Assembly (NCBI GenBank): GCA_018883325.1
Contig: VEQH01000008.1
Location: forward strand, 12,783-76,782
Direction: 5' to 3'
Length of the DNA: 64,000 nt
Source: Flavobacteriales bacterium
GTDB lineage: Bacteria; Bacteroidota; Bacteroidia; Flavobacteriales_D; Crocinitomicaceae
This document shows, in pieces, positions 37,956-46,577 of the stretch. The first letter of the stretch is position 1, and the number at the start of each line of letters is the position of its first letter. The notes beneath the pieces were generated by a model, which saw only the letters and a list, made by a program, of their open reading frames with translations, was not told the DNA's origin and did not search any database. The translations under genes and the position numbers were made by a program.

Positions 37956-38156
37956 AGTGAAAAAGTAAATTTTGATTTACAAAACACATTAAATTTTAAA
38001 ATTCAACTAGTTTAAAGATTACCATCGCTAAATGAATGCATCGCCTCAAATTGATACTATTCAATGTCCATATTTGAAGCTAATTTCCCAAACTCCAATT
38101 TTCATTCGCCTTTCTCCTTTCGTGATTTCAGCAACTTTTCACTAACTTCGCCCACG

Positions 38157-39056
38157 ATGTCAATAGAGGTAAAAAATTTATTCAAATATTACGGAGAACA
38201 AGCCGCTGTGCGCGATGTGAGTTTTTCTGTGAAAAAAGGCGAAATCGTTGGATTCCTTGGTCCAAATGGCGCTGGAAAATCAACCACCATGAAAATCATT
38301 ACAGGCTACATTCCTTCGTCTTCGGGTGAAGTGTATGTTTCAGGTATGAAAGTTGACGTTGAAAATTTAAAAACACGTCAAATTATTGGATACTTGCCGG
38401 AAAACAATCCGCTTTACACCGATATGTACGTGAAGGAATACCTCGAATTTGTGGGTGGAATTTACAGAATTAAAAACCTGAAATCGCGCGTTGCTGAAAT
38501 GATTGATGCGGTTGGTTTGGAAGTAGAACAAAACAAAAAAATTGGTGCGCTTTCAAAAGGATATCGTCAGCGTGTGGGATTGGCGCAAGCTATTATTCAC
38601 GATCCAGAAGTCTTGATTTTAGATGAACCAACAACAGGTTTAGATCCCAATCAATTAGTGGAAATTCGCGAGTTGATTAAAAACATCGGAAAAGAAAAAA
38701 CAGTCATGCTTTCCACGCACATCATGCAAGAAGTGGAAGCGATTTGCGATAGAATCGTGATTATTTCCAAAGGTCAAATTGTTGCCGACGACAAAGCAGC
38801 TTCTTTACAAAAAGAAAACGATCACCAAACGGTTTATGTGGAATTTGACAAGCAAGTATCGAAAGCACAATTATCAAAAATTCCTGCGGTTCGAAAAGTG
38901 CAAGCCGTTCAAAATGGTTGGTTGCTAGAAACAATCGAAGAAGTGGACTTGCGAAAAGAGGTTGCACAATTTGCACAAAAAGAAAATTGGTTGATTTTGA
39001 CCTTAAAAATCGAGCAAAAAACATTAGAAGAAGTATTCAAAGAATTAACAAAATAA
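38157..39056 (+). CDS. gldA: gliding-motility-associated ABC transporter ATP-binding subunit GldA-like
   Basis: I prefer the ATG at 38157 ([13 protein letters not shown]). It has Walker [10 protein letters not shown], signature LSKGYRQR and Walker [12 protein letters not shown]. About 300 aa, as for GldA. Confidence 0.75.
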   Translation: MSIEVKNLFKYYGEQAAVRDVSFSVKKGEIVGFLGPNGAGKSTTMKIITGYIPSSSGEVYVSGMKVDVENLKTRQIIGYLPENNPLYTDMYVKEYLEFVGGIYRIKNLKSRVAEMIDAVGLEVEQNKKIGALSKGYRQRVGLAQAIIHDPEVLILDEPTTGLDPNQLVEIRELIKNIGKEKTVMLSTHIMQEVEAICDRIVIISKGQIVADDKAASLQKENDHQTVYVEFDKQVSKAQLSKIPAVRKVQAVQNGWLLETIEEVDLRKEVAQFAQKENWLILTLKIEQKTLEEVFKELTK

Positions 39057-39057
39057 A

Positions 39058-40335
39058 ATGCCAACAAACTTTATTGAAGAATTGAAATGGAGAGGGATGA
39101 TTCACGACATCATGCCTGGGACGGAAGAAGCGCTGATGAAAAAAAGTTCGAGTGGCTACATCGGATTTGACCCCACAGCTGATTCCTTACACGTTGGTCA
39201 CTTGGTGCAAATCATGACTTTGGTTCATTTTCAACGCGCGGGACACAAACCGTTTGCCTTGGTCGGTGGAGCAACAGGAATGGTGGGCGATCCATCTGGA
39301 AAATCACAAGAGCGAAATCTTTTGGATGCAGAAACCTTGAATCACAATGTGGCTTGTGTAAAATCTCAATTGGAGAAATTCTTAGACTTTTCTGGGGAAA
39401 ATGCAGCGGAAATGGTCAACAATTACGACTGGTTTCAGAACATGAGTTTCTTGGATTTCATTCGCGACGTTGGAAAACACATCACTGTAAACTACATGTT
39501 ATCAAAAGATTCCGTTAAAAAACGCTTGGAAACAGGAATGTCTTTTACGGAATTTTCATACCAATTGGTGCAAGGTTACGATTTCTATCACTTGAATTTA
39601 CACCACGGCTGCATCATTCAGTTGGGTGGTTCAGACCAGTGGGGAAATATTGTGACAGGAACGGAATTAATTCGCCGTAAATCAGGTGGAGAAGCGTATG
39701 CCGTTACAACTCCGTTAATCAAAAAAGCAGACGGAACGAAATTCGGAAAAACAGAAGGCGGAAGTGTTTGGCTCGATGCTGAAAAAACAAGTCCGTACCA
39801 ATTTTACCAATTTTGGTTGAATTCTAGCGATGCCGATTCTGTGAACTATATCCGAATTTTCACCTTGCGTTCGAAAGAAGAAATTGAAGCATTGGAAGCA
39901 GCACACAACGAAGCGCCTCATTTACGCATTTTACAAAAAGCAATTGCGGAAGACATCACAACGCGTGTTCACGGCGCAGAAGCTTTACAAGCAGCAATTG
40001 CGGCAAGTAATATTTTATTTGGAAAATCTACTTCAGACGATTTAAAATCGTTGAGCGAAAAGGATTTTTTCAGTGTGTTTGAAGGCGTTCCACAAGCAAC
40101 AATTTCTCGAGAAGAATTCGGTGAAGGCATCAGTATAGTTGAAGCTTTAGCTGCAAAAACAGGTTTCTTGCCTTCCAACGGAGAAGCCCGCCGCGAACTG
40201 AAAGCAAACGCCATTTCTGTCAACAAAGAAAAAGTGACGGAAGGGTTCATAATCACCTCTGAACACCTCATCAACAACAAATACGTTCTACTCGGAAAAG
40301 GCAAAAAGAACAATTACATTTTGGTGGTGGAGTGA
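39058..40335 (+). CDS. tyrS: tyrosine--tRNA ligase
   Basis: HIGH-type motif HVGHL, KMSKS-type motif KFGKT, and a C-terminal S4-like domain. Confidence 0.95.
   Translation: MPTNFIEELKWRGMIHDIMPGTEEALMKKSSSGYIGFDPTADSLHVGHLVQIMTLVHFQRAGHKPFALVGGATGMVGDPSGKSQERNLLDAETLNHNVACVKSQLEKFLDFSGENAAEMVNNYDWFQNMSFLDFIRDVGKHITVNYMLSKDSVKKRLETGMSFTEFSYQLVQGYDFYHLNLHHGCIIQLGGSDQWGNIVTGTELIRRKSGGEAYAVTTPLIKKADGTKFGKTEGGSVWLDAEKTSPYQFYQFWLNSSDADSVNYIRIFTLRSKEEIEALEAAHNEAPHLRILQKAIAEDITTRVHGAEALQAAIAASNILFGKSTSDDLKSLSEKDFFSVFEGVPQATISREEFGEGISIVEALAAKTGFLPSNGEARRELKANAISVNKEKVTEGFIITSEHLINNKYVLLGKGKKNNYILVVE
40278..40335 (+). repeat. direct repeat copy 1 (functional 3' end of tyrS)
   Basis: CAAATACGTTCTACTCGGAAAAGGCAAAAAGAACAATTACATTTTGGTGGTGGAGTGA is identical at 54/58 positions to 41158..41215. 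Confidence 0.9.
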
Positions 40336-40399
40336 GGGTTAGGTAAAATTTCACTTAAGTGAGTAAGGAGTCTAACTGTTTCAATAGAAAAACTCAAAT

Positions 40400-40423
40400 A
40401 AAGTTTCTAATTTTAGAAACTTT
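40400..40423. promoter_or_regulatory. perfect palindrome, probable antitoxin operator of TA module 2
   Basis: AAAGTTTCTAA-tt-TTAGAAACTTT has 11-bp perfect arms. It ends 3 nt before a TATTTTTG -7 box and 35 nt before the ATG at 40459. Confidence 0.5.
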
Positions 40424-40426
40424 TGT

Positions 40427-40434
40427 TATTTTTG
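40427..40434 (+). promoter_or_regulatory. -7 promoter box TAnnTTTG
   Basis: TATTTTTG lies 24 nt upstream of the ATG at 40459. Confidence 0.4.
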
Positions 40435-40458
40435 TTTTGTCAAAGAAGTCATAATTGA

Positions 40459-40791
40459 ATGAGATATTTTGAAACAAAATTTTTAGAGGAAGCAGACGAA
40501 TTCATTTCAGGACTTGACAGAAAGACCATCAAAAAAATATTTTACAACATTGATCTTGCCGAGCAAACCAATGACCCCAAACTTTTTAAAAAACTAGAAC
40601 GTGATATTTGGGAGTTTCGGACAAAATACGCAGGACTTCAAATCAGACTTCTTGCGTTTTGGGACAAGACTGAAAATAAAGAAACTCTGGTTTTGGCAAC
40701 TCACGGTTTCGTAAAAAAAGTAGACAAAATTCCAAAAAATGAAATTGATAGGGCTGTAAGAATTAAAGAAAAGTATTTTGAAAACAAATAA
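40459..40791 (+). CDS. RelE/ParE-superfamily toxin, HigB / Gp49-like (paralogue of 9253..9600)
   Basis: LFKKLERDIWEFRTKY...IRLLAFWD...LATHGFVKKVDKIPKNEIDRAVRIKEKYF aligns colinearly with the first toxin. Confidence 0.8.
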   Translation: MRYFETKFLEEADEFISGLDRKTIKKIFYNIDLAEQTNDPKLFKKLERDIWEFRTKYAGLQIRLLAFWDKTENKETLVLATHGFVKKVDKIPKNEIDRAVRIKEKYFENK

Positions 40792-40804
40792 AACAAGTAA
40801 AAAA

Positions 40805-41131
40805 ATGGCAACTAAAGAACTTAAGTCGTACTCGCTTGAAGAAATGAAAGACAAGTATATTGGCAAAGTTGGAACATCAGAAAGAGACGAATATGAATAT
40901 GAACTTCGAATGGACGTTTTGGGAAAAATGATAAAAACTGTCAGACAAGAACGCCATTTGACACAAGAAGAACTTGGTAAACTGATTGGGGTTCAGAAAG
41001 CTCAAATCTCCAAACTTGAAAACAGTGCAAATAGTGCAACAATTGACACCATCCTAAAAGTATTTAAAGCATTAAAAGCAGAAATAAATTTCAATATTAA
41101 ACTTGAAGACAACATTGTTAAACTCGCTTAA
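40805..41131 (+). CDS. XRE-family HTH antitoxin (paralogue of 9603..9926)
   Basis: I prefer the ATG at 40805. From there, MATKELKSYSLEEMKDKYIG aligns residue-for-residue with MENNKFKTVPLNKMIDKHIG of the first antitoxin. The HTH is LTQEELGKLIGVQKAQISKLENS. Confidence 0.8.
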   Translation: MATKELKSYSLEEMKDKYIGKVGTSERDEYEYELRMDVLGKMIKTVRQERHLTQEELGKLIGVQKAQISKLENSANSATIDTILKVFKALKAEINFNIKLEDNIVKLA

Positions 41132-41157
41132 TTATAAACCTCTCAATGAAATAATAT

Positions 41158-41215
41158 CAAATACGTTCTACTCGGCAAAGGCAAAAAGAACAAATATATT
41201 TTGGTGGTGGAGTAA
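41158..41215 (+). repeat. direct repeat copy 2 (displaced tyrS 3' end fragment)
   Basis: CAAATACGTTCTACTCGGCAAAGGCAAAAAGAACAAATATATTTTGGTGGTGGAGTAA still reads [18 protein letters not shown]-stop in the tyrS frame. Confidence 0.9.
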
Positions 41216-41677
41216 ACGATTATTCAATTCCCAATATCCACTGCCAAGAAGGAACTACTTTGATTACTCCTTCTTTCACTTCAATTTCTTTGGTTATGTA
41301 AATTGTTATGGTACATACTTACTCACATTTTAAAAATAATTCAACGAGAACTTGACTATTCGTATAAAAAACTCATCGAAGATAAAAACGACTTGGACAA
41401 AAAATTGTGGTTTCTCAAAACGTTGTTATCAAGCACATTGAGGCAAAGGATTTGTGAGTGTTTCATTTGCTGCTGGAGTTAATTCGTTTTTTTCTTATTC
41501 CGATTATCTAGGTGTTTAATAGCCAAAAACAAAAGCGATTATGTCTATATAAACAACCCGTTTTGAGATAAGTAATAATCATATCTATAACTTTTGTGTT
41601 TTTTGTAAGAAAATTAAAAACACAACAATAACAATGCGAGCGGCTATTGATTACATTTAATTTGTTTGATCCTTCAT

Positions 41678-42022
41678 TCAACAAATAATAAACCCTCCTT
41701 TATTACCTTGATTATAATCAATCAAAGCAAGCTTAATTTCTTCAGCGTTTATTTTCTTTATGCAACATATTTTTGATGTATTGCCCATAGATCTTATCTC
41801 TATGTCAGCTCCAAATATATGTTGTTTGATTTCAATTCTTTTAATTAACCTAAAAGCATGAATATATTCATTAACTCCGATTAAATACCAATTTTTCTTT
41901 TTAATTGTAATAATTTCTTTTTGAAAATCAATGTTAATTATCCATGGGGTTAATATGTCCTCAATTTTTCCATTTAAAAAAAGAAAAAGTTTATTTGAAG
42001 AATATAACAGACTATTTTCCAT
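41678..42022 (-). CDS. hypothetical protein, bacterial PH-domain-like
   Basis: 114 aa. The pattern ...ITIKKKNWYLIGVNEYIHAFRLIKRIEIKQHIFGADIEIRSMG... resembles bPH domains (weak, by eye). It is the last gene of a tightly packed operon. Confidence 0.4.
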   Translation of the reverse strand: MENSLLYSSNKLFLFLNGKIEDILTPWIINIDFQKEIITIKKKNWYLIGVNEYIHAFRLIKRIEIKQHIFGADIEIRSMGNTSKICCIKKINAEEIKLALIDYNQGNKGGFIIC

Positions 42023-42027
42023 GTTTA

Positions 42028-42549
42028 TTAATTAAAAAGATTAATTATTCCACCTATAAGTCCAAAAAAAGCAGATATAATAAATGCATAAATAGCTAAT
42101 TTAAAATATTGCCATGAACTCAACTGTTCTTCTTTGTACCCATTTTTATATCTTGCATCAGGTTTTCTCAAACGATATGAAATAATACAAAAACCAATAA
42201 AAAAAATTAAAGCAAAACAAGACCCAAAAACGTCCACAAAACCAGCCACAAAACCATTTTTATGAACATTTCCAATATTTACTTCTTCTCTATAACTAAT
42301 GGTAGTTAAGAACTCATTAGAAACACTACCGTATTTTTGATTATACTTAACGAAGGCCCAACCTTCATTTACATAATATACTTTAACTGTGTCGCCTTTA
42401 TTTATCGTAGTTATTGTTTCTGAGTTTGTTGAGGCGGACTTCCTTAAATTTAAGCTCACAGTTGATACAGCATAATAAGCTTCTTCGCTTGCAAATGAGT
42501 TAATTGAAAGAAATAAACTCCAAATTAATATAAGACTTCTTATTTTCAT
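42028..42549 (-). CDS. SH3b-domain protein with C-terminal TM helices
   Basis: Signal peptide, an SH3_3-like region (VSTVSLNLRKSASTNSETITTINKGDTVKVYYVNEGWAFVKY), and two C-terminal hydrophobic helices. Confidence 0.55.
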   Translation of the reverse strand: MKIRSLILIWSLFLSINSFASEEAYYAVSTVSLNLRKSASTNSETITTINKGDTVKVYYVNEGWAFVKYNQKYGSVSNEFLTTISYREEVNIGNVHKNGFVAGFVDVFGSCFALIFFIGFCIISYRLRKPDARYKNGYKEEQLSSWQYFKLAIYAFIISAFFGLIGGIINLFN

Positions 42550-42559
42550 TCTAGTGAAT

Positions 42560-43276
42560 TTATTGATTTTTAGACCACCGACTTACTATTTCAATAATAT
42601 CATTTATATAAGCGTCGCGTGTAACAATGCGTTGAGAAGGGTGATATGCAGAAATATATAATCTGCCGTCTTTTTCAATAAACTTGGAACTACCATGAGT
42701 TTGAAATTTACTAAAATCCAAATCAAATATTTTTTTGTAAAGTCCAATTGTGTTTCCAAAAATGAAAACACTCGGGTTTAATAAATCAATTTGTTTTTTT
42801 AGTAAATCAGAATGTTTTTCTATAGACTCCCACAAATCTTCAAAATCAGTATTTGTGAAACCTTTGGATGGTAATTTTTGAGCATTTATAAAAGCAACAT
42901 GCCTTACAACATCGCACATACTGTGGTCTTCTCTAATGTATTTCATGTCTTCCCATTTAGGAAAGTTATTGTGAATACTGTAAGAAATATAAATCATCGG
43001 ATGCCATGTTGATTTATGCCCATGACGAAACTGCTCAAGGTATAAATCCTTTCCTTCGGGGAACATATCAAAATAGCTCCACCCTCCTCCTGTTCCATCT
43101 TCTGAATCATACGGCTCTTTTAACATCCAAGCCAAACGAATTGATTTAGAAAAGTAAACATCTGGTTTCATTACGCCATCATCAATGATGAACCTTTGAT
43201 TTTCAGGCTCGTTCATTCTTGCTTCCATCTCTTTATTTAAAGCAATTATTTCTTGTTCAATGTTCTTGTAATTCAT
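42560..43276 (-). CDS. hypothetical protein with uracil-DNA-glycosylase-superfamily-like motif order
   Basis: 238 aa with IRLAWMLKEPY (46-56), VAFINAQK (127-134), SVFIFGNT (169-176) and LYISAYHPSQR (206-216). This is the same order as the UDG motifs GQDPY / LLLN / LLWG / HPSP. By eye only. Confidence 0.45.
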   Translation of the reverse strand: MNYKNIEQEIIALNKEMEARMNEPENQRFIIDDGVMKPDVYFSKSIRLAWMLKEPYDSEDGTGGGWSYFDMFPEGKDLYLEQFRHGHKSTWHPMIYISYSIHNNFPKWEDMKYIREDHSMCDVVRHVAFINAQKLPSKGFTNTDFEDLWESIEKHSDLLKKQIDLLNPSVFIFGNTIGLYKKIFDLDFSKFQTHGSSKFIEKDGRLYISAYHPSQRIVTRDAYINDIIEIVSRWSKNQ

Positions 43277-43286
43277 TTTAGTAGGT

Positions 43287-44060
43287 TTATTGTTTTACAA
43301 AGCTTTTCGATTCTGACTCAATTCCATTTGAAACGATGTTATATCGATACAAACCATTAGAATAATTCGATACATCTAAAATTAAATCACTAAAATTTGA
43401 ATCTACTTGAAACGACTCAACTAAAACACCTATTGAATTATAAACATTTAACTGACCACTTGTTTGACCATTAGCTAATTGATAAGGTATTGAGATGGTT
43501 TCTGATGTTGGATTAGGAAATGAAATACCAGACAATTCGCTCATTGGATTATTTGGAACGCCTAAATTACTTGATGTTCCCGGTAAAGAATAAACTTCTC
43601 GTATCGTATTACCATCAGTCACAATTAATTTATAAACATTTGCACCTGCGCTTTGAATCGTGTATACACTACGATTTGGAAAGTCCTTTAACAGGGAGCC
43701 GTCCTCATTAAGGATTTTCATATTATAAACCGATGGTGATTGTGTTGTATAATATGTTACCAATATTTCTACTTGATTATCCAAATCAAATAAATTTTCC
43801 GAAACTCCACCAAAGTAAGAATTACTACCTGATACTATTGGCCATGATATCGTTTTCCACAAGCTATGATTCAAATTGTACAATTTAACTTGATTTATTC
43901 CTGATTCATATAAGCTATATTTATATCCCGACACAGAAAGTTGGGTAATTAGAATAGACCCCGATGATCCATTAACCGTGTAGGAGTGTTCTAAGTTAAT
44001 TTGTGAATTCAATCGAAAGATTGTAAAAAACAAAATGAAGGGTAGGGTTACTTTTTTCAT
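43287..44060 (-). CDS. T9SS-sorted secreted protein, function unknown
   Basis: Signal peptide and the C-terminal ISFPNPTSETISI...GLYRYNIV...KSFVKQ CTD. Confidence 0.6.
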   Translation of the reverse strand: MKKVTLPFILFFTIFRLNSQINLEHSYTVNGSSGSILITQLSVSGYKYSLYESGINQVKLYNLNHSLWKTISWPIVSGSNSYFGGVSENLFDLDNQVEILVTYYTTQSPSVYNMKILNEDGSLLKDFPNRSVYTIQSAGANVYKLIVTDGNTIREVYSLPGTSSNLGVPNNPMSELSGISFPNPTSETISIPYQLANGQTSGQLNVYNSIGVLVESFQVDSNFSDLILDVSNYSNGLYRYNIVSNGIESESKSFVKQ

Positions 44061-44237
44061 ATTAGCTTAATTATTTATTGGTTAAATTTTTCAGTAAAAG
44101 TCAATATTCACTTCGCCAAAACCTTTCGTTTAAATTATTTTTAAGGTGTTTCTGAAGCTTCTCCAAAAATATTTATTCAATTCCCCAATCTATTCAAAAT
44201 ATATTTCTAACTTAGGCTCAATAAAACTATTTTAGGC

Positions 44238-44591
44238 ATGACAAATCAAGAGCTAGGAGAAAATGTTAGAAAAGTAAGAGAACTCAAAGGCTTTTCACAG
44301 CAAAATCTTGCAGATGAAATCAAAGTAGATCAAAAGACAATTAGTAGAATTGAAAAAGGCGATTTATCTCCTAAATTTGAAACATTAGTGGCTATTTCAA
44401 AAGCCTTGTCAATAAACCTAAGTCAACTATTATCTTTTAATGAAAGCTTGATTTTCAATAATTATATTCAAGAACAAAATGGCGGACAATTTGTCGCTTA
44501 CAATAACACTGAAATAGAAAAAGTAGAAGAATTGTACAAACAATTATTGAAAGAAAAAGACGAGATGATTGCTTTATTGAAGGCGAGATAA
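44238..44591 (+). CDS. XRE-family HTH transcriptional regulator
   Basis: The HTH is FSQQNLADEIKVDQKTISRIEKG, and the C-terminus is coiled-coil-like. It is divergent from the 41678..44060 operon. Confidence 0.75.
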   Translation: MTNQELGENVRKVRELKGFSQQNLADEIKVDQKTISRIEKGDLSPKFETLVAISKALSINLSQLLSFNESLIFNNYIQEQNGGQFVAYNNTEIEKVEELYKQLLKEKDEMIALLKAR

Positions 44592-44748
44592 CTAGTTTTC
44601 ATCTCTGAAACGATTTCCAAACTCCCCCACGCCCCGACGAAAAAGGAAAGCTTTGCGAAATTCAAAACACAGCCTTACAAGATACAAAAGCGACCGAGAA
44701 ATAAAGTTGAAATTTTATACTTTCACAAGTAACCCCTCACAACAAACC

Positions 44749-45567
44749 TCACTTTTGCTTTTGCAACAATTTCAAAGCTTCACTGATGCTTTGGTGTAAA
44801 ATTGAAGCGTGGGTTTCGTTTCGTAATTCAAGAAAATCCAAGTTGGAAATTTTGTGACTTGATTTAAGAATCTTGTACGCCTTTTTGGCATCTTTTCGCA
44901 TCACAGGATGCTCCTTCCCTCCTACTGATACATAAACGTAAGGAACAACAGTCGTTTGGTTTTCAAGCAGTGTTGTGGCTTGTTTCAGTAAGCTTTGATT
45001 ATCCCACCACAAACTCGGACTAACGATTAAGTAGTGTGTGAACAAATGTGGTTTTTTGAGTAAAATCTCAGTTGCCAACAAACCTCCAAGCGATTGACCA
45101 ATCAAATAATTTACTCCTGAAGTCTTGAAGTTTTGTTCCACGTACATTTTGACTTCTGTTTCCAAAAACTGAATGAATTTTTCAGATCCTCCCGAGGTTG
45201 GAATTTCCTTTTTCAAGGTTGAATCCTTCGTTGGAAAGGTAAAATCGCGCTTTCTATCCACGTTTTCAATTCCTACAATTATAAAATCAAGTTGCTGAAA
45301 TTGAAGCTTGTAAAATTGAAACAACCCAACAATATGTAAAAAATCTTCCTCCAAAGACCCATCTAATAAATACAATACAGGATATGTTTTTGTCGTTTCG
45401 TAATTTGGTGGAAGATAAATGTTTAATTGTCGAAGCTCCTTCAAAATTGAAGAATTTATGACGTGCGTTTCTCCAATACAATAAGGCGTGCTAGTGACTT
45501 GCGCTTGATTGCTACTCCAAACAAAAAAAGCAAATACAAAGCCTAAAACAATTCTTTTCATACTCAA
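44749..45567 (-). CDS. alpha/beta-hydrolase esterase (siderophore-esterase-like fold)
   Basis: YPVLYLLDG and the nucleophile elbow GQSLGG, with an N-terminal signal peptide. Confidence 0.65.
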   Translation of the reverse strand: MSMKRIVLGFVFAFFVWSSNQAQVTSTPYCIGETHVINSSILKELRQLNIYLPPNYETTKTYPVLYLLDGSLEEDFLHIVGLFQFYKLQFQQLDFIIVGIENVDRKRDFTFPTKDSTLKKEIPTSGGSEKFIQFLETEVKMYVEQNFKTSGVNYLIGQSLGGLLATEILLKKPHLFTHYLIVSPSLWWDNQSLLKQATTLLENQTTVVPYVYVSVGGKEHPVMRKDAKKAYKILKSSHKISNLDFLELRNETHASILHQSISEALKLLQKQK

Positions 45568-45587
45568 AATTTATTCGTTCGCAGAAC

Positions 45588-46574
45588 TTAATTCAATCGC
45601 TTCAAATAACTCGTATCTGTAAGCGCTTTTAAAAATAAGGTCAATTGCTTTTGCTCTTTGGCTGTCAATTCAAAAGGCACAATTCGTTTATCTTGCAAGG
45701 GATGTTTTTTTCCTCCTTGTGAATAATGTGCTATTACTTTTTCCAAATTTTCCATGCTTCCATCGTGCATGTATGGAAAGGTCAACTCGCTATTTCGCAA
45801 GGAAGGAATTTTAAATTTCCCAATATCAGAAGAATCTAAATTGATTCGAAAGCGACCTTTGTCTTTTCCATAATCTAAATAAAGTCCATTGTTTGCCGCT
45901 TCAAAAGTTGTAAAATAAGGCGCAGGATGACATTGAGTACAGTACAATTTTTCAGAAAACAGTTTCCAACCTGCTTGTTCATCTTTACTCAGTGCTTTTT
46001 TATTTCCCGCTTGAAATTGGTCAAATCGACTATTCATGGAAACTAAAGTTCTTTGAAAAGCACTTATTGATCGTGTTAATACGTAAGCATCAAAATCGCG
46101 TTTGAAAATTCGTTGTGCTGCTTCTTGATACTCAGCAATCGCGCGTAACTGAGGAATGAGTTTTTTCATATTATGACCCATTTCTGTTGGTTCTTGCAGC
46201 GGAACAATTACCTGTAATTCCAATGTTTTTAAGTGCGCATCAAACATCACTGTTTTGAGGAATCCAGCATTTAAAATACTTGGAGCATTTCTTTCAGTTG
46301 TTTGTCCTTTGATTCCAATACTGGTTTTCAATTGATCGGTAAAGGCTTTGTGGGGGTCGTGACAAGTTGCACAAGCTACTGTTCCATCTATTGAAAGACG
46401 TTTGTCAAAAAATAATTTTCTACCGAGTTCGGCTTTCTCTACGGTTGTTGGGTTATCTTCGGGTGCAGGCACAAAAATAAGCTGGTTTGGGTCTGAAGTC
46501 GCCTTTTCGCATTTTGAAATACTTGTCAGAATAAAGAAGGAACAAAAACCAAAAAACAGCCAAGTGCGCGCCAT
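45588..46574 (-). CDS. di-haem cytochrome c peroxidase family protein (MbnH-like)
   Basis: It has two CxxCH haem motifs (CATCHD, CTQCHP) and PSLRN..TFPYMHDGS typical of CCP/MauG/MbnH enzymes. Confidence 0.85.
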   Translation of the reverse strand: MARTWLFFGFCSFFILTSISKCEKATSDPNQLIFVPAPEDNPTTVEKAELGRKLFFDKRLSIDGTVACATCHDPHKAFTDQLKTSIGIKGQTTERNAPSILNAGFLKTVMFDAHLKTLELQVIVPLQEPTEMGHNMKKLIPQLRAIAEYQEAAQRIFKRDFDAYVLTRSISAFQRTLVSMNSRFDQFQAGNKKALSKDEQAGWKLFSEKLYCTQCHPAPYFTTFEAANNGLYLDYGKDKGRFRINLDSSDIGKFKIPSLRNSELTFPYMHDGSMENLEKVIAHYSQGGKKHPLQDKRIVPFELTAKEQKQLTLFLKALTDTSYLKRLN

Positions 46575-46577
46575 TTT

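Noticed and set aside
38064-38156. The N-terminal 31-codon extension of the gldA-like ORF.
   Set aside because: ABC ATPases of this type begin a few residues before the I.V.NL.K.YG motif. The ATG at 38157 gives [13 protein letters not shown], and the extension is Ser/Phe/Asn-rich with no family resemblance.
41103-41333. A 76-aa ORF spanning the displaced tyrS fragment.
   Set aside because: It reads the duplicated tyrS end in a different frame (…FYSAKAKRTNIFWWWSKRLF…) and overlaps the antitoxin's 3' end. It is explained by the duplication, not by a gene.
44592-44748. A third copy of the tyrS 3' repeat at the far end of the AT-rich island, which would define a full attL/attR pair for the whole 4.4-kb island.
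   Set aside because: Only a weak resemblance was found (CGACGAAAAAGGAAAGC versus CTCGGAAAAGGCAAAAAG), not above chance by eye. The right island boundary rests on the composition shift alone.
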